Shown here one piece after another: positions 49,934 through 59,576 of a DNA stretch of 64,000 nt. The notes under the pieces were generated by a model, which saw only the letters and a list, made by a program, of their open reading frames with translations, ran no database searches and was not told the DNA's origin. The number at the start of each line of letters is the position of its first letter. The first letter of the stretch is position 1. Position numbers and translations under genes: made by a program. The DNA comes from Pseudogymnoascus verrucosus (Eukaryota): assembly GCA_001662655.1 (NCBI GenBank), contig KV460222.1. One strand, written 5' to 3'.

Positions 49934-50369
49934 GGTGGGAGAGTGCTTCTTGGCTAGACCAGACGCCTATAATTTGTATTCGTAAAATTCGTTGAAGAGA
50001 TCTGGTTTATATTTCTGGAGTCGCAGGAATTTATGAGAAAGAGTCAAATGTTTGCGAAACAGAAACAGTTAGGACCAGGCATTCTCCAATGTTCGAATTC
50101 GATCCACACAACGCACGAGGTTCGCCTTCTCCATCCCAACCCCGCTTAAATTTAGACTTAAGCGATCTAGAAGCTTAAGGCACGCGTGGTCACGTGGCAG
50201 TGAACTGTACTACCGCTGTGCATCAACCGCCACCACCTTCAGCCTCATTGATAGAAACTTACTTCAGCTTTTCTACAACACCGTGCCTTATCTCTTACGA
50301 GTGTCGCACGAAAGCCACCAGCGCAGGTGCTCACCGAGACTATTAAACCATCTTAATTCATTATACACC

Positions 50370-50840
50370 ATGTCGTCTCGTTACATTCCCCCAGGGCAGC
50401 AGAGGAACATGCGCGCATGCATGGTCTGTTCAATAGTCCAGACCCAAGCTGTAAGTTTGAGGTGCTTTTCGCCTCAAATCCACCACTCTAACCTTACTCT
50501 CTAGACATTTCACAAGGAAGGGTGTCCAAACTGCGAGGAGTTTCTGCGTCTTCAGGGCTCCATGGACGCGATTGCCGACTGCACATCGCAGGTCTTCGAA
50601 GGCCTCATCACACTCGCAGATCCAAGCAAATCCTGGGTCGCAAAGTGGCAGCGACTTGATGGCTACGTGAGAGGCGTGTATGCGACAAAGGTGTCTGGCA
50701 TACTACCGGAGGAGGTTGTCGATACGATGGAGAATGAAGCCAGGATCAGATATATTCCGTAAGTTGGAGATCGTGAATAAGTGAAACAAAGAGATAGCTA
50801 ACAGTTTTGCAGTCGCGATGGTAGTGCACAGGAGGATTAG
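50370..50840 (+). CDS. SPT4: Transcription elongation factor Spt4
   Basis: RACMVC...GCPNC zinc ribbon, [19 protein letters not shown] and YIPRDG; 2 introns. Confidence 0.95.
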
Positions 50841-51101
50841 ACGCAGCACAAATGGGACTTCTTTACGTGGCGCAGGAAATGGGTTGGGTTAAACGGCATT
50901 GCGACGGCGTCAATCACAGGGCAAGAATGGGATTAAGGAGTCAGATTTTTAGAGCCTAATTTCTTTCAAGAATAAGACTCCAGAGTGTTTTCTATGATTA
51001 ATGCTATGCTTGGTATCTTGAACGCCATATAAACCCATTAATACAAACGCCCCTGGATAGGTCCATCTGGGCCTATCCTCATATCCACATCATATCTGGT
51101 C

Positions 51102-52202
51102 TCAAAACCTTGGCTTCTTCGGGGCCGGTCCTCCAAATCCTCCTCCACCGTCCCTACCTCTCTTCCGCTCAATCTCCTCTTTCATAATCCGCTCTGCCTC
51201 GCTCATCTTCTTGGGCTGTTGTATTTGAGCAACCTTTTTTCCTCCTAACGCATTCTTCTTAGCTGCCGCGAAGACGTTTTTAGGCTTGCTCTGGAATCCC
51301 ATTTGCAGTGATATTTTGGCGGGGGCGCTTGGAATATCTTCCTTGACAGGGTTTGCTGTGCTGTCACCTTCGGCCGTCGCCAAAGTAGTATCTCCACTCG
51401 CCACTCCGCTGTTGGAGGCCGTGGCTGTGCTCGCAGACAATGGTTCCCTTTTCGTCGCCGAACCCTGCGTCTCTAATTCTGACGTTGGATTTACTGCCGC
51501 AGGCTTTGACCCAAAACTAAGCTTGATTTTCTCTCCTTCGACGCGTTTTAGTTCCTTATCGCCTTCATCCTCGTCATGGACCCCGCGGGCTTCAGCATCC
51601 GCCCGGGCCTTCCGGACTTGGTCGCGAATAAGCTTCTGCTCACGAGTCTCGTCGCCCTTATCCTGCATCTCCTTCTTCCGCACGGCATCTTGTCTCCGTA
51701 ATGCTTCAGGCGAGTTGTCTACCCACGCAAGATGAATTCCCTTGTCCGTTTCCTCGACCCTGCATATGCCCTCCCGGCCAAGGTGCTTCGCGAACTCTGT
51801 GAGCGATGGCCATTTTGTCGAGTTCATGTGAATATGTTCCTTGTTGGCAATATACTCCTGGTAGAAGTGGTTCATTTGGACTTGCTTCTCGCCATGCGAT
51901 GTTCGTAGTAGCAGCAAGAAGTCTCTCTGGAACTGGTTGCTGTAGTCGTTGATAAACTTCTTGGGGTCTTCTCCAACCAGCAGCATCCGCCTAACATGAG
52001 ATTCCGACTGGGTGTGCATCTTGAAGCCATTTTCGTCGCGGCACTGCTTTTCGCAAACCTGGTAGACGGTCAGTATCGCAAATACGAATTGGATGCGCCA
52101 CCATGGTAAACTCACCTGACAATACCATCTTAAACGTTGAAGTCCTTTGGACTTAAGCTGATTGTTGAGCTGCTTCGTGGATCCTGCCTCGGCGCGTGGC
52201 AT
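51102..52202 (-). CDS. RTS2: KIN17/Rts2 zinc-finger protein
   Basis: KSKGLQRLRWYCQVCEKQCRDENGFKMHTQSESH and HIHMNSTKWPSLTEF; intron 52059-52115. Confidence 0.93.
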   Translation of the reverse strand: MPRAEAGSTKQLNNQLKSKGLQRLRWYCQVSLPWWRIQFVFAILTVYQVCEKQCRDENGFKMHTQSESHVRRMLLVGEDPKKFINDYSNQFQRDFLLLLRTSHGEKQVQMNHFYQEYIANKEHIHMNSTKWPSLTEFAKHLGREGICRVEETDKGIHLAWVDNSPEALRRQDAVRKKEMQDKGDETREQKLIRDQVRKARADAEARGVHDEDEGDKELKRVEGEKIKLSFGSKPAAVNPTSELETQGSATKREPLSASTATASNSGVASGDTTLATAEGDSTANPVKEDIPSAPAKISLQMGFQSKPKNVFAAAKKNALGGKKVAQIQQPKKMSEAERIMKEEIERKRGRDGGGGFGGPAPKKPRF

Positions 52203-53351
52203 GGTTGCGTTCTTGCTTGCCCTGGACTGTGGGGCGCGGTGTTGTATGTTATCGATTAAGTACAAAATGTTTGTATTTCAGCCACCGACCTAGGAGGCGA
52301 GGCTTACCGGAAATACGATGGTCCGAAATTTAAAGTTTAAGCTTTTACAGACATATACTAGACCATATTGGCTCTAGGGCACTACAGTACGTACTGTGCA
52401 TTGTTACCTTGACCCTTGTCAAAATAATACCCAGCCAGTCCACGAAGCAAGGCAAGAGCCTTCGTTTGATTCTACATGCCGAAAGAAAAAATACTCCCTT
52501 ACCAATGATAGTATACTTGTATATTAAAACATCACCATTACGACGTGATAAGAAAAATTATGTTGCGTGAATGGACGTGTCTTAGTTACCTCGGTCCATT
52601 ATTATTCCGAACTCCTTCTTCTCACATGCTATTTCATGCAATCTACTTCAGTCTTATTAGAAACACTCTAAATTCACCCTCGCCGATGTCAACTAAGATC
52701 TCAAGCAATATCTTTCAATGATATTCTACCCAAACGTCGAAGTGCGCCACCATGGCGTGCAAGGCCTGTAATTACGGCGAGCAGGGCAATGCATCTCAGA
52801 GCCCAACTGTGCCAGACGGTAGGTTGGAAGGCGTGTCACGAGGGCCGGAAGCTCGCCACTCTATCCGCGGGCGATGCCTGCCAACAAGTGCCACATTTGG
52901 CGGCCGGCGTCCTCTCAATCCGTCTGATGCGGCCGAAGACAGTTTGGCGTACACCGAGGCGTTAGAGGGAGGGAATGGCCTCGGGGATGGCTGTGTTCCG
53001 TTCTATCCTGGTATGGCATCCCTTTATTCCATTTGGAAAGACTGTCTTGTTGGCAATTCATGGGTTCTCGTGGAATACCAGGGTGTCCATTTCACAATGG
53101 GACAATGCAAGAATACTTAGCGCAAGTACGAGGAAGTGGACACCAAAAGAGGCATTATAACTTTTCTGTTCACATACTACCATCTGGTGCTCTATCCCCC
53201 GCCCCCTCGGATCTGCCCGCTCCCAGCCTTTCATTAAATTTGAGATGACGACCGCCTCGATCACACGAGACCGGGTCAACCTCTGGCTACGCGATGCACT
53301 GCGCCCTTGGATGTCTGTAGATAGCCGAGTGAGTCGGTCGAACAGGGAGGG

Positions 53352-55015
53352 TCAGCATGCCATGAAGATCGAATCGCTTATGCCGGAGATCTCGCCGCAT
53401 GAGTAGGTTAATCCGTATTTGTGGCTTACGCTCGCGCTCAAACTGCCTGTCGAGCTAAGATCTTTGTCTATGTGTGCAGAGTTGGCAGCCCCCGATAGCC
53501 ATCCAAACTGCGTGGTATCTGTGAGGTACTTGGGGCGCACACAGTGATCAGGGTAGTTGGCTAACAAATACTGATCAATGGCTACATCGCGAGTAGCTTT
53601 CAAGATGTCCTGGAAATCAGAGTTTTGACCTAGACCTTGACGCAGCTCCTGCCGGAATGTTTCCACAAGAGAGTCGCTCTCGTTGGATTCATTATCGACG
53701 TTTAGAAAGAGTTTTATGAAGTCGCTCCCCAGACGAAGAATAAGCTGGCTATCATGGGCTCCTGAGTTCATTGCAGATTCGCAGTCTTGGAGGAGTTGCC
53801 CGGCACAAGACGTCCATTTCCCTTCCCTCCTTAGAGGAAGCCCATGGTTTAGGTGAGCTGTTGCCTCTGCACCCTCGTCAAGGAAGGGATTCTCATGAGA
53901 GAAGTGCTCGAGGAGACATTGATGCATGTGCTTTGCTGAATTGGTGATTTCAAGAACCGAGCATTCTTGTTTATGCCGGTATTCGGCAAGTGTTAAGGAA
54001 AGACCGAATGCGTCGTCCACAGCAAGTGCGTCGGAAGAATTCTCTTGCTCCCAGTCCATTGTAGAGTAAGGTTCTATGAGGAATAGATCTTCGATGCCAC
54101 TGAGTTCGCCTAGGGAATCCTCTACCTGAAGACAAGCCTCAAATTCTAAAACTTGCTCAAGCTTCTGGCTATGCTTAGCTAGTATAGCGTCGTAGTCGCC
54201 AAGCCGGTACAAAGAGAAAGGAGTCCAAGGATCGTCTTTATTAGACAGGCACTCATCGAGCGTGGATTTGTATTTCGCTGGTGGCTCAATTGCGACAGTA
54301 GGAGTATTCTCATTCTGAGAACAAAGTGACTCAGCTATGTTAGCCTCCTCCATATAAAGGTCAGACATTTGGGACAGAGGTGAGCTGTACGAGACGATCC
54401 CTGCATATCCCTAATCGTATTTAGTATAGGACTAAGGAACAATGGTAGGGGGTTAAATACCTCGATAGAGTGCAATTTGCTGTCCGCGTTGGAAGGGGTA
54501 TTGTATCTGACATTCGGAGGCGTTGCTGTCTCTAGTTAAAAAGGACCAAGAGATGATAGGAATAGAATAACTCACGCATGTTGTCAGGCACTTCTGCTGT
54601 CTTCCTTCTCTTAAAGTTTTCGATTTTCTGTGCTGTGACCTGGGTTTCTCCATAGAAATAATCCGTGTCTTTGCCTTCTCGTGCACGTTTTGTTCCTTTG
54701 GCAACAATCCATTGCATGTCGCATTGCTGTATGTTCTTGTGCCAACCCCATTCTTTCATCTGGCCTTTCCATCCTCTGGGGCTAGAATTTATGTGAGACT
54801 TCAGTGTAGGTGTCAAATTTTATATCGTACCTTGCTTTGAACCCATAAACTGTCTCAATCTTTGCCATAGTGACCGCTAGATCATTATCCTCAACCATGT
54901 AGATCTGGAAGGCGCTTGTCTTGATTTCGTCCCATTTCTGGTTGCGACGCTTTTTAGGCATGGATTTCCCTCCGTCGACTACCAAAGGGGTAGCCTCGTT
55001 ATTATTACTCGCCAT
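53352..55015 (-). CDS. Clr5-domain hypothetical protein
   Basis: WDEIK...IYMVEDNDLAVTMAKIETVYGFKA|SPRGWKGQMKEWGWHKN matches the Clr5 N-terminal domain pattern; about 3 introns; acidic C-terminal region of unknown family. Confidence 0.7.
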
Positions 55016-55699
55016 AGTAAACTCGAGGCATTGAACGCACAGAATAAAACGGTGACTGAGAAGAATAAGAAACTTGCCAGTAGAACAAAAAGAGGGAAAA
55101 TGAGTAGAGATTAATCCAAGGGCGTAGAACAGGTTATAAATACGTCGCAAGGACGACTCTCGCAAAAGTGCAACACGCGAAATCACAGTCAGTGCCCACC
55201 CCTGACGCCACATTGACGATCAGCCAACCGGTAAGAATTTACAAAAGTGCAGGCAGTGTTTTGTACCCCAGCCGCGAGCTTACTCGGACGCCACACGGGT
55301 AACAAAAGTGCAGGCTCTATAATTAGGTCGATATATAACTCGAGGGGAGGCTAGCCATCATGTTACCGATTCAAAAAGCTTCATCACGAGACCCCTTAGA
55401 GAAGCTGCCAATGTCTGGCGTTAGAATTGAGGACAACTGCAGCTGCTGTACACAAAATTCTCACAGTTATAGGCGTAGCAAATAAATCACGGCATATAGA
55501 ACAGCAGGGTGGAAATTAGTTAATTAACTAGGCTATCTAATGGTCTCAACCATAAATGTCAGCCGCATCGTAATCGTCAACAAACCCCGTGCACACCCTG
55601 CCAGTCTCACATACAAGAAAGCCTGAGTAGTCCGAAGGGGCACCGCCCATTCGGTGCATATGTCGATAATAGACCACGACATCGCCGGCGCGATAGCCT

Positions 55700-56074
55700 G
55701 TATGCGCATCGCCTGTCCCTCGTGTGTCTGAATAACAGCACGGAGGATATGCTTGTTCACCTCTCTAGGATCTGTGGTTTCATTGATCGCCAGCTCGACG
55801 CCGAGGTCGGTGGTCCGCCGCTGGAAAGCGAGGATGGGGGGTACGCGGCACTGTTTGACGAAAAGGAGTTGGAGAGGCTGAAGAAAATCGAATCTGAATC
55901 CTGGACCCGTGGTGGGAATCCGCGAGTGCTAGTTCATTGCGAGACAGGGTACTCGCGCTCGCCTATGGTTCTGATTGCGTACCTGATGAGGAGTTGCCAA
56001 AGGAGGTGTATGCTGAATATCTGCGGGGGAGAAGGGAGAGGTTGGACGAACTGGGGTTGACGGGGCAGTGGTAG
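55700..56074 (+). pseudogene. Dual-specificity protein phosphatase remnant
   Basis: CLNNSTEDMLVHLSRICGFID...VLVHCETGYSRSPMVLIAYLMR contains the HCxxGxSRS loop. There is no in-frame ATG upstream of the CLNNSTED segment, the post-P-loop helices are missing, and a C-terminal-like piece continues in another frame. Confidence 0.7.
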
Positions 56075-56422
56075 AGATCTTGTCAAAAGGGGATGAGGGG
56101 CGCTGCACTGGTTGTGATTTGAACCTTGAGAGGTTGTCACGATAGGAGGACTGTAACAGTAGTCTCAGCTGGCGAGGTGAAAAGAGGTTGATGGGTGATG
56201 AACTTATTGGTATTCTGAACCTATGAAGTGTGTAAGACTGTAGTAATCCCTCCCAGCAGACGCCATGCAAAAGAACGCCATGCCAACCAAAATCGCAGCG
56301 CCGTGCGTTTGTTCCGCTGAACTCCCTCCCTCTGAACCTTCCCCCTTCCTGCCTTCCCTTCCTGATATCCTCGTAACGTGACAGACCGCCGCTTCTCTCC
56401 ATGGACATGACGAGTGCCCCGC

Positions 56423-56926
56423 TCAATCCCCAGACGCACACCCCTTGCACCCACAGCTCACGCACTCAACCTCTTGGTCCTCCTTCAGATTCGCTTTCGG
56501 CACGCGGCATATGCACGTCGAGTTGAAATTCGTTTCCTTAGTCTGTATGCACCTCAAACAACAAAGCTGCATCCCATTAGCCTCCATCCCTCTTCTCCCC
56601 CACTTCACTCCACAGAGATTACTCACCTTGGCATAACTATCCTTCTTCCACTTCGCGATCAACATCGCATCCGCATACCCATTCTTACACAACCACTCAT
56701 ACAGCTGCTTGCTAATCTTCTCCTGCTTATATAGCTCCCACACATACCTGCTCCTCTGATGCGAGACCTGGAAGATGGGCCAGAGCGCCTGGTGCTTCGG
56801 TGCTGCGGTTGTGGGCGCGTTCTCGGCGTCTTTCATCTTGTTGGCGAAGACGAGGAGGGAGTCTTCGATGTCGCTGAAGCCGGCGGGGGGAGCTTTGCGC
56901 TTCGAGGCGTGCCGGATGGCGGGCAT
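56423..56926 (-). CDS. BUD31: Pre-mRNA splicing factor Bud31/Cwf14 (G10)
   Basis: LWPIFQVSHQRSRYV, LIAKWKK, LCCLRCIQ and CICRVP...CVSCGCKGCASGD; intron 56567-56626. Confidence 0.96.
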   Translation of the reverse strand: MPAIRHASKRKAPPAGFSDIEDSLLVFANKMKDAENAPTTAAPKHQALWPIFQVSHQRSRYVWELYKQEKISKQLYEWLCKNGYADAMLIAKWKKDSYAKVSNLCGVKWGRRGMEANGMQLCCLRCIQTKETNFNSTCICRVPKANLKEDQEVECVSCGCKGCASGD

Positions 56927-57251
56927 GTTTGCGGTGGAGGAGGGGGTGTGATGCGCAAAGTAGTTCCTGTTGTATCCAAGCTGCGTGTCGAAATCGAGGA
57001 GTTGATGTCGTGGCGTGAAGCAGGGAAAAGAAAGTTGCCTGTCGTCTGTAAGGCTGTCTAACATGTCAACAGCTCCAGTGGCGGGGCCCTAAATAAATAA
57101 AAACCTCAGCCTTACGACCCCAACCTCAGGCAACCAAAAACATCACGTGATATTCAATCCCGGCTTCCGCCCGAGCTTCAAACGAACGACGATGAGCGAT
57201 GAATGAGCGCCCTCTTTTAGCTGCAAGAAGAGACAACAACCAGCGCACAAT

Positions 57252-58075
57252 ATGGTCATCAATCCCACCTACCTCGCGCAGCGGACGCGGCAGTGTGAGT
57301 TTGGAACCCCAGGGGATTCTAGTGTGTGGATTGGAGACGGGGATGGGGGCTAATGTGGTTGCAGCTGTGAATTGGAATGATGCGCAGAGGCGGGTTGCGA
57401 AGAGCTATCGCGAGTGGATTCGTTCTGTATGTCACCCCCCGTTACCCCCTCGAGAGATACGGATGCGAATACTGCGGACTGGCTGGGCTGGGTGGGTCGA
57501 TTGGATTGGATTGGGCCGGGGATGGGGAGGGAGGGGAGAATTGGAGGAGCCGCTGCTGTGTGTATATGGATTGATGCTGATTGTGTACCGATACAGGCCC
57601 CGGAGATCCAGACGATGTACTCGCTGAACATTTCGGTTGGCGAGCTGCGGACGAAGATGAGGGAGCAGTTTGAGCGTCACCGATACGTGAAGCAGCTGCC
57701 CGTGGTGGATATGTTGCTGTTCCAGAGCCATGCGGAATACCAGGTAGGAATGACCTTTCCCTTGTTATGATCGGAAGGCGGAGGAGGGGAAGAGCGTGAA
57801 GGTGGTATGATGGTGGTGGTAGAAGTTGAGCTGGGGGTTGTGGGAAGAGCACTCACGACGCATCATCACCACCTACCTTCCACTGGAGAGACGACAGAGG
57901 AGCAACAGGCGTGGTGTTATATACCATAAAGTCCCATCACTAACACACAACATAGGAAACCCTAAACTACTGGAAGCAACTTCCCCACATCCTCAAGTAT
58001 TTCCGCGCCGAAGAGGACCCCACCGCGCATCTCCCCAAGAACTTCATGAGCGGTTTCCTCGAGGGCCGGAATTAG
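57252..58075 (+). CDS. NDUFA6: Complex I accessory subunit NDUFA6/B14 (LYR family)
   Basis: Four exons give [45 protein letters not shown]...EYQETLNYWKQLPHILKYF...FMSGFLEGRN*. Confidence 0.92.
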
Positions 58076-58533
58076 AGAAGGAGAGTGAGGAGGCAGAGGG
58101 CCGTGGCATAGAGATAGAGCCAGCTGGTGAGAGGGAGTTTTGGTGGAGGGGGTGTAGTGAAGTGGGAGAGAGGGGGATTTGTATATATCCGTTACTATGT
58201 CGAGAATAGGACGAAAGTGTTTCTTGCTAGTTGGGAGTCTACTGATTTGATGTGCTTTGGGAAGTGAAGCACCAAACGAAGCACGATGGATGAATCGTGC
58301 GTGCTGTCAGCTGAAGAACTTGCATGCATAATAACCAGTGTGGCTGATTCCTCAAATTGCTTGATATGAAAGCATACCGCCAACCAGAAATACTTCTCTT
58401 CCTCTCATTCTACATTCTATTCCAAACGCCCTTACAATCCCACGCAGCTTTTACATACCACCCAACCCACAAAACGCCTCCAAACGCCATCCTCTCACTC
58501 TCCTCATATCTCACAACCCCTCCACCACCCCCT

Positions 58534-59120
58534 CTACTGCCTCCCAAAAGCCTCCCTCTCACTAACAAACTTCTCCGCCACAACATCGCACAAATCCATC
58601 AGATCATCCAGACCCTTCTCCAGCGCCTCAAACGCCGTGCCCTCGTACGTCTGGATGCGGATGTTCATCTTTGGCTCCGAGGGATGGGGGATGGAGTAGC
58701 CGCAGAACTCGACGTTGGGGCTAGGGGGTTTGTTAGTTTTGACTGCCTTAGAACAAACAAGACTGGGGAATGGGTGCGGGAGATACGAGGAGGAGGAGTA
58801 GGGCGCCGGAGGGGGAGATAAGCGTACTTCTTCATGATAATATACCTCAGCGCATTACCAAGTGTATGATCCTCATTCGTAAACTCAAAACTGGCAGCCG
58901 TATCCGACGACCCAGGAAGCTATAAGTCTATTAGCATCTAATTCACTCCTCTCAGCCATCTTTTTAGGGCGTAATAACATACCACGCGCACATTCTGCTT
59001 CGCCCACAGCGCAGCCAACACCGCATCCTCGGTCGGATCAATCTGATCCTGCGCCACCACAGCCGGGGCGACGTCGCCCATCGAGACGTCGCCGTCGAAG
59101 GCGTCTTCGGTGCTTGCCAT
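58534..59120 (-). CDS. RPC19: RNA polymerase I/III subunit AC19 (RPAC2)
   Basis: [47 protein letters not shown] over 3 exons. Confidence 0.95.
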
Positions 59121-59483
59121 TGCGAGTAATTAAAGGGAAATGGCGGGAGTTGGGCGGGCAATTAATGTATACTGTGAGGTGGGGGAGGAGGCTCTGGAAT
59201 CTATCAGCGATTGGGACTTTTTTATATCGTGCCTTTGATATGAGGCATACTATGAGAGCGATAAGAAGTCATGTGATGATAAGGATGGCAACCCATTTTG
59301 AGAGCTTGGAGGGGGGCACGTGATGATACGACTCGAAGGGGATGGGATGTACACGCACTCACCATAGGGCGGACATACCTCCCTACAATCCCAATTTTTC
59401 CTCTTTCCTCACCACGGCTATGACGGTCCACTAGCCCAGCCCCCCAAAAAGGAAGGGAGTTGCCGTGGCACCGCGTACACGAC

Positions 59484-59576
59484 GAGGACCCCCTCAGGAC
59501 CCCATCATGACCCCGTCAGGACCTCATCAGGACCTCATCAGGACACCCCGTCAGGAACCACGTCAGGATCTAGGAC
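59484..59576. repeat. Degenerate minisatellite, about 8 copies of an 11-13 bp TCAGGACCYCR unit
   Basis: TCAGGACCCCA TCATGACCCCG TCAGGACCTCA TCAGGACCTCA TCAGGACACCCCG TCAGGAACCACG TCAGGATC. Confidence 0.85.

Noticed and set aside
1804..56626. Stop-free introns with length divisible by 3 in ORC2 (63 nt), EPL1 (57), KIN17 (57) and BUD31 (60)
   Set aside because: Among roughly 45-50 short introns, several are expected to be in frame and stop-free by chance, and retention would interrupt conserved domains.
45969..58075. Functional clustering of splicing genes (ESS2, KIN17, BUD31) or respiratory genes (COQ8, NDUFA6, NDUFB2, MRPS9)
   Set aside because: They are interspersed with unrelated housekeeping genes, and these large categories co-occur by chance.
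59484..59576. CRISPR-like interpretation of the short repeats (also 155-258)
   Set aside because: Eukaryotic context, no unique spacers of constant length and no cas genes.
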